Shown here: piece after piece, positions 38,955 to 47,813 of the stretch | How positions within the stretch are numbered: the first letter of the stretch is position 1 | Layout of the letters: each line of letters opens with the position of its first letter | Source of the DNA: a virus | IMG/VR virus record: IMGVR_UViG_3300042344_000022 | Coordinates: 4,969-68,968 of that record | Length of the DNA: 64,000 nucleotides | Reading direction: 5' to 3' (one strand) | The notes under the pieces: generated by a model | Seen by the model: only the letters and a program-made list of their open reading frames with translations | What the model was told of the DNA's origin: nothing | Databases searched by the model: none | Made by a program: the position numbers and the translations under genes

Positions 38955-39961
38955 TGTTAGGTAATTCACATTTCTACCATCAGCTAACAAGAAAGGCCGT
39001 TATTCTATTCGGTCGCTTGTTTGATGATATCACTATCATTAGAAAGAATGATCAGACTGGTAAAGAAACCAGCCGCTTTCTTGTACCTATCATCTATGCT
39101 CCTAAGGAGAAGATGGTTACTCGTATTCTATCCGACCCTGACCTACTAAGATCAGTTGGCGTTATTCTGCCACGTATGTCATTCGAGATTACAGGTATCA
39201 CATATGATGCCACGAGAAAACAAAACTCTCTGCTAAAGGCAGCTAAGACTAATTCAGCAACTAACGTATCTGCAAGTTATATGGGTGTGCCATATGACAT
39301 TACATTTGCATTGAACATCTATGCTCGTAACATTGATGACGGTACTCATATTGTAGAACAGATTATGCCGTTTTTCAATCCTGACTTTACAGTTACAACT
39401 AATATGATTCCTGATCTAGGTGCCTTGAAAGATATCCCTATCATTCTCAATTCTGTGGCAAATGATATTGCATATGAAGGCAATTACGATTCCGTTAGAT
39501 ATGTTAATTGGACACTAACCTTCACAATGAAGATGCATTACTATGGTGCTATATCTTCACCTAAGATTATCAAATCAGTTTATGCCAACATATATGATGA
39601 CAACTCACTAAAGTCTGGCTACATTACTCGTTTGAATGTTATCAATGCTAATGGTACATTCAAAGCAGACGACTATGTGTTCCAGGGTAACTCTTACAAT
39701 ACGGCATCAGCATACGGTATTGTTATGAACTATAGTGCTAACACAGGCAAACTTGTTTTGGGTGCTACTCAAGGACAGTTTAGAGTTAATAACACAATTC
39801 ACGCCGTATCAACAAACGGTGTGTGTCAGATTGATTCGTTTGTGGTCGACCCGATTAAGTTAGCAGAGATCAAGATAGAGCCCGATCCTCTTACAGCGCA
39901 GGCTGGTGACGATTATGGTTATGATGTTACTATCACAGAGTGGCCAGACACAGAAGTATAA
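38954..39961 (+). CDS. gp15: Tail sheath stabiliser/completion protein gp15
   Basis: FYHQLTRKAVILFGRLFDDI, VPIIYAPKEK, LPRMSFE, IVEQIMPFFNP. Confidence 0.95.
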   Translation: MLGNSHFYHQLTRKAVILFGRLFDDITIIRKNDQTGKETSRFLVPIIYAPKEKMVTRILSDPDLLRSVGVILPRMSFEITGITYDATRKQNSLLKAAKTNSATNVSASYMGVPYDITFALNIYARNIDDGTHIVEQIMPFFNPDFTVTTNMIPDLGALKDIPIILNSVANDIAYEGNYDSVRYVNWTLTFTMKMHYYGAISSPKIIKSVYANIYDDNSLKSGYITRLNVINANGTFKADDYVFQGNSYNTASAYGIVMNYSANTGKLVLGATQGQFRVNNTIHAVSTNGVCQIDSFVVDPIKLAEIKIEPDPLTAQAGDDYGYDVTITEWPDTEV

Positions 39962-39964
39962 ATA
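39957..39964 (+). promoter_or_regulatory. T4-type late promoter (TATAAATA)
   Basis: Exact consensus overlapping the gp15 stop, upstream of gp16. Confidence 0.75.
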
Positions 39965-39989
39965 TCAAAAATGTTTAGGATAAGTTATT

Positions 39990-40445
39990 ATGGGTGTTGA
40001 AAAGAATTTATCGGATGCTTTAGGTATTCCTCATGAACCTGTTGAAGAAAAGAAGCAGGAGGTCATTCCTTATGAAGCACCTCCTTCTGATTTGACCGAT
40101 GAAGATGAAGATTATATTCTTGTAAGAAAGACCCTTCGCAACCTAATAGTAAAGGGAAACGATGCAATCGAAGAAATCGCCACCATCGCCAGACAAAACG
40201 AAAGTGCAAGGGGTTTTGAGGTTGTTTCTAACCTCATCAAAACTGTTGGCGAAACTTCCAAAGACCTCTACGCACTACAAAAAACGAAAAAAGACCTAAG
40301 GGAACCTAATCCAGAATCTGATCCTCGTAAGAAGAATCCAGAGGGTCACATCAACGTGGAACAGGCAGTCTTTGTAGGCTCTACAGCCGAACTATTGTCC
40401 GCCATCAAGACTAAGAGAGAGCAAGATGGCAAGGACGCCGTTTAG
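39990..40445 (+). CDS. gp16: Terminase small subunit gp16
   Basis: DYILVRKTL, ARGFEVVSNLIK, AVFVGSTAEL motifs; overlaps gp17. Confidence 0.93.
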   Translation: MGVEKNLSDALGIPHEPVEEKKQEVIPYEAPPSDLTDEDEDYILVRKTLRNLIVKGNDAIEEIATIARQNESARGFEVVSNLIKTVGETSKDLYALQKTKKDLREPNPESDPRKKNPEGHINVEQAVFVGSTAELLSAIKTKREQDGKDAV

Positions 40446-42102
40446 TTATCAGAATAACCCCAACCTGCCTAATGAGCAGTATCGTCATGCATTTACACAA
40501 GCAGAACTAGATGAATATATCAAGTGTGCTGACGACCCCGTTTATTTTGCCAAGAAGTATATCAAGATCATCAACGTTGATCGTGGTTTGATCCCATTTG
40601 AAATGTGGGACTTTCAGGAGCGTATGCTTCAATCATTCCACGACAATCGTTTTTCTATCTGCAAACTACCACGACAGGTTGGCAAATCCACAACTAGTGT
40701 GGCATACATTCTGCATCAGGTTCTATTCAATGAGAACTATGTGGTTGCTATTCTAGCTAACCGTGCTCCTACCGCTCGTGAATTGCTACAGAAACTAAAA
40801 CTGGCGTTTGAGTATTTGCCTATGTTTCTCAAGCAAGGCATCAAAGAGTGGAACAAAGGTTCTATCTATCTTGCTAATGGTTCAAGAGTTCTAGCCGACT
40901 CCACCTCAGGTTCATCTGTCCGTGGTTTCTCGTTCAACCTAATCTTTCTGGACGAGTTCGCATTCGTACCTAACAACATTGCCGAGGAGTTCTTTAACTC
41001 TACATATCCTACCATTTCATCTGGTCAAAGTTCAAAGGTCGTTATCGTTTCTACCCCTAACGGTATGAACCTATTCTATAAGATGTGGACAAAAGCAGTT
41101 GAAAAGACTAGCACATATATCCCTATTGAGATCCACTGGTCGATGGTACCTGGCAGAGATGCCAAGTGGGCAGAAGAAACTATCAGAAACACTAGTCAAA
41201 GACAGTTCGACCAAGAGTTTGGTTGTGAGTTCTTAGGTTCATCTAACACACTAATCAATGGTGCTAAACTAGCATCGCTGCACTGGAAAGAGCCAATCTA
41301 TAGAAACGAATGTATGGATGTATTCGAGGATCCTATTCCTAAGCATACCTATGTGTTATGTGCTGATGTTGCTGAAGGACAGGGTCTTGACTACTCTACA
41401 TTTTCTATCTTTGACGTTACAGAAATACCTTATAGGCAGGTCGCTAAATATAGAAACAACGAGATTAGCCCTATGCTACTACCAGCGGTAATCTATTCTG
41501 CCGCTACTAAGTATAACGAGGCTTTCGTTCTTATAGAAATCAATTCTATCGGTCTACAGGTAGCAGATATCTTACACTTTGAGTTGAACTATGAGAACTT
41601 ACTAAAGTTTCAGATCAAGGGTAAACAAGGTATGCAAGCCTCTGGTGGCTTTGCTGCTGGTAAGAACAAACTAGCATTTGGTCTAAAGATTACCGCACAG
41701 TCTAAGATGATTGGTTGTGCTAACCTCAAGACACTAGTTGAGAGCGATAAACTCATTCTTAACGACGAAGATACGATTACAGAACTATTCTCTTTCTCTG
41801 CTAACAAGAAATCATTCATGGCAGAAGAAGGATCAAACGACGACCTTGCAATGACCTGTGTTCATTTTGGGTGGTTGACTGCACAAAAGCTATTCAAAGA
41901 AACAGTTTCAAATGATATCAGATATGTTCTACAGAAAGAACTAGGTTACCTACAGGATGTTGAGAACGTACCTTTTGGTTTCATTGATAACGGTTTAGAT
42001 GATTACGTGGAACAAGATGCTAATGGTGACTTATGGCGAAGTGATAGAGAAGCTATGTATCCTTTCGATAATCTCAATTACGATTGGAACAGTAAGTTAT
42101 AA
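40426..42102 (+). CDS. gp17: Terminase large subunit gp17
   Basis: Walker A PRQVGKST, Walker B IFLDEFAFV, STPNG coupling motif, nuclease ADVAEG..DYS and NDDLAM. Confidence 0.97.
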   Translation: MARTPFSYQNNPNLPNEQYRHAFTQAELDEYIKCADDPVYFAKKYIKIINVDRGLIPFEMWDFQERMLQSFHDNRFSICKLPRQVGKSTTSVAYILHQVLFNENYVVAILANRAPTARELLQKLKLAFEYLPMFLKQGIKEWNKGSIYLANGSRVLADSTSGSSVRGFSFNLIFLDEFAFVPNNIAEEFFNSTYPTISSGQSSKVVIVSTPNGMNLFYKMWTKAVEKTSTYIPIEIHWSMVPGRDAKWAEETIRNTSQRQFDQEFGCEFLGSSNTLINGAKLASLHWKEPIYRNECMDVFEDPIPKHTYVLCADVAEGQGLDYSTFSIFDVTEIPYRQVAKYRNNEISPMLLPAVIYSAATKYNEAFVLIEINSIGLQVADILHFELNYENLLKFQIKGKQGMQASGGFAAGKNKLAFGLKITAQSKMIGCANLKTLVESDKLILNDEDTITELFSFSANKKSFMAEEGSNDDLAMTCVHFGWLTAQKLFKETVSNDIRYVLQKELGYLQDVENVPFGFIDNGLDDYVEQDANGDLWRSDREAMYPFDNLNYDWNSKL

Positions 42103-42177
42103 TCCTGAAAACATCAAAAACGATAAATAAGGTGAAGATGGAATAAACACCATTCTAACCTATAAAAGGAGTAAAAG

Positions 42178-43935
42178 ATGGCATATTCACTTTCCCCAGG
42201 CGTGACTTGGTCAGAAGTTGATCTTACGACCATTGTTCCTGCCGCATCTACTACAGAAGGGGCGTTTGCCGGAAACTTTGATTGGGGTCCAGTTGACCAT
42301 ATTGTCACCATTAGTAATGAACTTGATCTTGTTCGTTGGTTTGGTAAGCCAAGCCAGAACTCATATACAGCATTCTTTACCGCTGCAAACTTCCTATCAT
42401 ATGGCAATAACCTAAAGGTTGTTCGTTCTGCTAATACTATTGTTGATGGTGCGGTTAACGCAACCACTGGTGCATATGGCTTGACCATTAAGAACGAAGA
42501 TGATTACGAAAACAACTACGCTCTAATCGGTTCAGCAAATACAGTTCCAAACACACACGGTATGTTTGCTGCTAAGTATCCAGGTGAACTTGGTAACTCA
42601 CTAAAAGTTTCACTATGGTGCGGACAAGATTCAGCAACATTCGATTCTTGGGAGTATTCATCACAGTTTGAAGGTGTTACAGGAACATCTTCTTATGTAT
42701 CATCTAAGGGTGGTGCTAACGACGAAATGCACCTTATTGTTGTTGACCGTCTTGGCAAGTTCTCTAATGGTGAAGCAAATACTGTTCTAGAACGCTTCTC
42801 TTATGTCTCAAAGGCATCAGATGCAGTCAACGATGATGGTTCATCTAATTTCTGGGTCAATGTCGTTAATGACAAGTCACAGTATCTATGGGCAATCAAT
42901 CATGCACTAGATGAAGTAACTGGTGTTTCTGAAACCTCATCATGGGGTCGTCCATCATCTACACAGAATAACACAGGTCATCTAGTTGCAACTGCATATG
43001 GTCAGTCAAATGCATCATATACAATGGGACTATTCGGTGGTAAGGTTGCTGCACCAACTAATGCACAGCTAAACTCTGCATATGATCTATTCTTGAGCGC
43101 AGAAGAAGTTGATGTTTCACTAATCATGACTGGTGACGCACCACAGGTTGTTTCAGAACACGTTCTAGATAACATTGTAGGTATTCGTAAGGACTGTGTT
43201 GCATTCGTTTCACCTGATATGGCAGACGTTGTTGATAACGCTGGTAGCGAAGTCTCTGATATTGTTTCTAAGATTGACCTATACAACTCTACTTCATTCG
43301 GTATCTTCGATGGTAACTGGAAGAAGCAGTTCGACAAGTATAATAACGTATATCGTTGGGTACCGCTAAACGGCGATATCGCTGGTCTATGTGCCCGCAC
43401 CGACTTTGATCGTGACCCATGGTTCTCACCAGCTGGTTTCAATCGTGGTCAGATTAAGAACGTTGTTAAACTTGCTTGGAATCCAACCAAGGCACAGAGA
43501 GACGATCTATACAAGAACAACATTAACCCTGTTGTCACCTTCAAGGGTGAGGGAACTGTTCTATATGGTGATAAGACCATGCAGCGCAAGCCTTCAGCAT
43601 TTGATCGTATCAACGTTCGCCGCCTATTCATTGTCCTTGAAAAGACAATCACAAAGGCTGCTAAGTATTCTCTATTCGAGTTCAACGATGAGTTCACCAG
43701 AGCCCAGTTCGTTGCTCTAGTAGAGCCATTCCTAAGGGATGTTAAGGGTCGTCGTGGCATCTACGATTTCAAAGTAGTCTGCGATACCACCAACAACACC
43801 CCTGAGATTATTGATCGTAATGAGTTTAGAGGAGATATCTATATCAAGCCTGCTCGTAGCATCAATTTCATTCAACTTAATTTCGTGGCTGTCCGCACTG
43901 GCGTTGCCTTCTCCGAAATTGTTGGCAAGTTCTAA
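42178..43935 (+). CDS. gp18: Tail sheath protein gp18
   Basis: LSPGV..SEVDLT, AKYPGELGN, WFSPAGFNRG, SAFDRINVRRLF, IKPARSINFIQLNF. GATAAATA at 42122-42129. Confidence 0.97.
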   Translation: MAYSLSPGVTWSEVDLTTIVPAASTTEGAFAGNFDWGPVDHIVTISNELDLVRWFGKPSQNSYTAFFTAANFLSYGNNLKVVRSANTIVDGAVNATTGAYGLTIKNEDDYENNYALIGSANTVPNTHGMFAAKYPGELGNSLKVSLWCGQDSATFDSWEYSSQFEGVTGTSSYVSSKGGANDEMHLIVVDRLGKFSNGEANTVLERFSYVSKASDAVNDDGSSNFWVNVVNDKSQYLWAINHALDEVTGVSETSSWGRPSSTQNNTGHLVATAYGQSNASYTMGLFGGKVAAPTNAQLNSAYDLFLSAEEVDVSLIMTGDAPQVVSEHVLDNIVGIRKDCVAFVSPDMADVVDNAGSEVSDIVSKIDLYNSTSFGIFDGNWKKQFDKYNNVYRWVPLNGDIAGLCARTDFDRDPWFSPAGFNRGQIKNVVKLAWNPTKAQRDDLYKNNINPVVTFKGEGTVLYGDKTMQRKPSAFDRINVRRLFIVLEKTITKAAKYSLFEFNDEFTRAQFVALVEPFLRDVKGRRGIYDFKVVCDTTNNTPEIIDRNEFRGDIYIKPARSINFIQLNFVAVRTGVAFSEIVGKF

Positions 43936-43962
43936 TAAATAAAGGAAAAGGAGAAATAACAA

Positions 43963-44520
43963 ATGCCATTCAACGTAAATGATTTTAGAGCAAGTCTAGT
44001 TGATGATGGTGCACGTGCCAGTCTCTTTGAAGTAATGATGACGCTGCCCCCTGTATTAGGGTCAGCACCTCTAAGCCCTGATATCATTTTCAAGGCTAGA
44101 GCAACATCACTTCCAGGCGATGCCATGTCATCTATTGAGATCCCATACTTTGGGCGCACAATCAAGGTTGCTGGAACAAGATCATTCCCAGATTGGTCTT
44201 TCCAGGTTATCAATGATGAAAACTTCACCATTCGTAACAACCTTGAAATCTGGATGAACCAGCTAAATTCACATGTTGGTAACCTTCGTAATCCTGCTGC
44301 AAGAAGCGGTGTTCAGTATCAGGCACAAGCATACGTTACACAGTATGCTAAGACTGGTGAGATCATCAAGCAGTATATGATTTTCGGAGCCTTCCCAGTT
44401 GATGTCGCTGCAATCGACCTAGATTGGGCATCTGGTGACCAGATCGAAGAATATGGTGTTACATTTGCTTATCAGTGGTGGGAATCCGTATTCCCAATCC
44501 CAACCACCGACTTCGTATAA
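43963..44520 (+). CDS. gp19: Tail tube protein gp19
   Basis: GARASLFEV, PYFGRTIKVAG.R.F.DW, IEEYGVTFAYQWW; AGGAG RBS. Confidence 0.95.
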   Translation: MPFNVNDFRASLVDDGARASLFEVMMTLPPVLGSAPLSPDIIFKARATSLPGDAMSSIEIPYFGRTIKVAGTRSFPDWSFQVINDENFTIRNNLEIWMNQLNSHVGNLRNPAARSGVQYQAQAYVTQYAKTGEIIKQYMIFGAFPVDVAAIDLDWASGDQIEEYGVTFAYQWWESVFPIPTTDFV

Positions 44521-44540
44521 TCAGCACTAAATATAACTAT

Positions 44541-44571
44541 ATCCTACGGGGGTTATCTCCCGTAGGATTTT
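44541..44571 (+). terminator. Intrinsic terminator-like hairpin between gp19 and gp20
   Basis: Stem ATCCTACGGG/CCCGTAGGAT followed by TTT. Confidence 0.7.
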
Positions 44572-44588
44572 AGAAGAAGGATATTATT

Positions 44589-46460
44589 GTGAAATTATTT
44601 GGTTTCCAAATAGGTGCTGACAAGGTCGATCCACGCTTTGAAGATCAGCAAAGACAGAAAACATTTACCTTACCAGAGAACAACGATGGTGCGGTAACTG
44701 TTGCTGGTGCTGGTTATTATGGCACATACGTTGATCTTGATGGTACATTCCGTAATGAGACACAACTAATCACAAAGTATAGAGAACTATCTATACAACC
44801 AGAAGTAGAAACTGCCGTCGATGAAATTGTCAATGAGGCAATCGTAGTAGAAGATTCTGGTACCTCAGTAGAAATCAATCTAGACGAAGTTAAACTTACC
44901 CCACAACTAAAGAAGCGTATCGAGGATGAGTTCAACTATATCCTAAAGTTGCTTAACTTTGGTAATATGGGTCACGAGATTTTCCGCCGCTGGTATATCG
45001 ATGGTAGATTGTTCTATCATGTCGTTATTGACGAAGGTATGCCTAATGCTGGTATCCAAGAGGTCAAGTATATTGACCCACGCCGTATTCGTAAGATTAG
45101 AGAGATTCAAAAGACTCGTGATCCTAATACTGGTGTAGAACTAATTAAAAGACAAATTGAGTATTACCTTTATAACGAAAAGGGAATGATTGGCGCAGGC
45201 ACCAATCTAGGTGCAAAGATCGCCGTTGATTCTGTCGTTAATATCAATTCAGGTATCATGGATCCAAAGCAGACCATGGTGCTTTCATATCTACACAAAG
45301 CAATCAAGCCATTCAACAATCTAAGAATGGTTGAAGATGCTACAGTTATCTATCGTCTATCTCGTGCACCAGAGCGCCGTGTATTCTATATCGACGTTGG
45401 TAACATGCCTACAGTTAAAGCGGAACAGTATGTCCGTGATATCATGGTCAAGTATCGTAACAAGCTAGTATATGATTCCAATACTGGTGAAATTAAAGAC
45501 GACCGCAAACACCTATCAATGCTTGAGGACTTCTGGCTACCACGCCGTGAAGGTTCTAAAGGCACAGAAATCTCTACACTAGAAGGTGCTCGTAACCTTG
45601 GTGAACTAGAGGACGTTAAGTATTTCCAAACCAAGCTATACAAGTCACTTGGTATTCCAATCTCAAGACTAGAACAGAACCAAGGCTTCTCACTAGGTCG
45701 CACAACCGAGATTACTCGTGACGAACTAAAGTTTAACAAGTTCGTTACTAGACTCCGTAATAAGTTCTCTACACTATTTGATGATCTTCTAAGAGTTCAA
45801 CTTGTTCTAAAGAAGGTTTGTACCGAAGAAGAATGGAATGAAATCAAAGAAGATATCTGGTATGACTATAAGAAAGATAATAACTTTGATGAACTAAAAG
45901 AGGCGGAACTACTTAATACCCGTCTTGATACACTAATCAAAGTTGATCCTTTCATTGGTCGTTACTATTCTATCTTGTGGGTCCGTAAGAACATTCTCCA
46001 GCAGACAGACGAGGACATTGAGGAAATCAATGCTCAGATGGAACAAGAGAATGCCATACTAGCACAGCAACAACAAATGCAGATGCAAGCCGATGCCGAG
46101 GCACAAGCAATGCAGCAGCAACAGGATATGCAGAATCAGATCCAGTTTAATGCACAGCAGCAGATTGCCCAGGCTCATGTCCAGAAGGAAGTTGATAGTA
46201 TCAATCCTGAGGCTGCCAATAAAGAAATGGTAAACAAAGGACATGAAGCAACTATGATGGATAAAAAGATTGAACTTGAACGTATCAAGTCATCTAAGAA
46301 GCCAGCCGCAACCGCTAAGAAGCCTGCACCTAAAAAGAAATCTGTAGTTAAAGAAGCCAAAGAACTAGGCTTAATCTATGTTGGTTCTAATCGTTACGCC
46401 AATACAGAGGGTGATGTTACTCACCTGAATGAAGATGGTGTTTTGGTTCCTATTAACTAA
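44589..46460 (+). CDS. gp20: Portal protein gp20 with C-terminal extension
   Basis: GTG start; RRWYIDGR, SYLHKAIKP.N.LRMVEDA.VIYRLSRAPERRVFYIDVGN, EDFWLPRREG, EITRDE.KF. Confidence 0.97.
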   Translation: MKLFGFQIGADKVDPRFEDQQRQKTFTLPENNDGAVTVAGAGYYGTYVDLDGTFRNETQLITKYRELSIQPEVETAVDEIVNEAIVVEDSGTSVEINLDEVKLTPQLKKRIEDEFNYILKLLNFGNMGHEIFRRWYIDGRLFYHVVIDEGMPNAGIQEVKYIDPRRIRKIREIQKTRDPNTGVELIKRQIEYYLYNEKGMIGAGTNLGAKIAVDSVVNINSGIMDPKQTMVLSYLHKAIKPFNNLRMVEDATVIYRLSRAPERRVFYIDVGNMPTVKAEQYVRDIMVKYRNKLVYDSNTGEIKDDRKHLSMLEDFWLPRREGSKGTEISTLEGARNLGELEDVKYFQTKLYKSLGIPISRLEQNQGFSLGRTTEITRDELKFNKFVTRLRNKFSTLFDDLLRVQLVLKKVCTEEEWNEIKEDIWYDYKKDNNFDELKEAELLNTRLDTLIKVDPFIGRYYSILWVRKNILQQTDEDIEEINAQMEQENAILAQQQQMQMQADAEAQAMQQQQDMQNQIQFNAQQQIAQAHVQKEVDSINPEAANKEMVNKGHEATMMDKKIELERIKSSKKPAATAKKPAPKKKSVVKEAKELGLIYVGSNRYANTEGDVTHLNEDGVLVPIN

Positions 46461-46480
46461 ATAATACAAGGGTATTTGAA

Positions 46481-47803
46481 TTGTCACTCAAAAGTGTTAA
46501 AACATTAACAGCGGCACAGATTGCTAAGAAGTGGAATCTATCACTTGATACGGTTAAACAACTTATCGATGCAGGTGCTAAGGTTGAGAAAGAACACACA
46601 GGTAGTTTAAAAGACGCCAAAGAAATTGCAAGAGATCATCTATCTGAAAGACCAGATTACTATAAGAAACTGTCTAAGGTAGAGAAGTCTAAGATATCAG
46701 AAAGTATCAGCACATCTGGTGTTAGAGGTTTAGGTAACGTTAGCGGTGATCCTGCTGTCATCAATTATGTGCAGCAATATATCAATAACAACTCTATGTC
46801 ATACCAAGATGAAAACGGTAACAAGTTAAAGTGGATGAAGAAGCATCATAAAGGCCACGAGCATAACAAAGTTGGCTTTGATGAGTTTAATCCTACAAAA
46901 CTAAAAGAAGGTATCTCTGCTGGTCCTGAAAGAGAAGCAGACTACAGTATTGGTGATTCAACTGGTAATACTAGAAGATTGCCTAAGATAGACGAAGGTG
47001 AAAGACTAAAGAAAGCTAAGCGAGTAGCTATGGCGGGTATGACTGCTGCTAACATATATACCATGGGTGATGTTATGAGCAAAGCATCTTCTGGTCATGG
47101 CTCACCCAAAGGAGATGTTGTTAGAATGGCAACTACACTACCAGGTGCCGCAGGTTGGGGTGCTACAGGTGTTCATTATGCCAAGAAAGCATACGACTTT
47201 GTTAAAGGAAAAAAGATGAACGAAGAAAAGAACGACCTTAAAGACGCCTGCTGGAAAGGTTATACTGCCAAAGGTCTAAAGAAAAAAGGCGGTAAGATGG
47301 TTCCTAACTGTGTTCCTGTTGAGGAAGGTTGGGCATCAATCGGTCATCCATATGATCGCTTTGGTGATGTTAGTCGTAGAGCAAAGTTCTATGGTAAGAA
47401 GCCTAAGCCAACTACCACAAAGAACGATGACAAAGATGATACCTATAAGGATTCAAAGCAGGGTGGTGCTAACGTAAATAAGGTTAAACCTGTTAAGAGT
47501 GAGGCTTGGATGCCTTACTTCACACCACATCATAAGCATTCTGCTCGTTTGAATAAAGAAAAGTCAAACAAGCCAGATATCATTGTCGATCCCGGTGGTA
47601 AAAAGGGACAAACGGTTTATGAAAACCTAAAAAAGGAAACTAAAATGGATACCAAAGAACACATTAATGAGGCTCTTGACAATATCCTTGAGAACAATCT
47701 TTCAGAAATGAAAGAGCATCTTCTTGCCGCTCTCCAAGAAAAGGCTATGGAAAAACTTGAGGAGAAGAAGAAGGATATTGCTGCTAACTACTTTGCACAG
47801 TAA
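46481..47803 (+). CDS. Modular head-associated protein ending in a gp67-like prohead-core segment
   Basis: TTG start; GAKVEKEHT..AKEIARDHL.ERPDYYKKL module, ACWKGY...MVPNCVP module; C-terminal acidic helix ..LEEKKKDIAANYF. Position after gp20. Confidence 0.65.
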   Translation: MSLKSVKTLTAAQIAKKWNLSLDTVKQLIDAGAKVEKEHTGSLKDAKEIARDHLSERPDYYKKLSKVEKSKISESISTSGVRGLGNVSGDPAVINYVQQYINNNSMSYQDENGNKLKWMKKHHKGHEHNKVGFDEFNPTKLKEGISAGPEREADYSIGDSTGNTRRLPKIDEGERLKKAKRVAMAGMTAANIYTMGDVMSKASSGHGSPKGDVVRMATTLPGAAGWGATGVHYAKKAYDFVKGKKMNEEKNDLKDACWKGYTAKGLKKKGGKMVPNCVPVEEGWASIGHPYDRFGDVSRRAKFYGKKPKPTTTKNDDKDDTYKDSKQGGANVNKVKPVKSEAWMPYFTPHHKHSARLNKEKSNKPDIIVDPGGKKGQTVYENLKKETKMDTKEHINEALDNILENNLSEMKEHLLAALQEKAMEKLEEKKKDIAANYFAQ

Positions 47804-47813
47804 GGATTAGATC

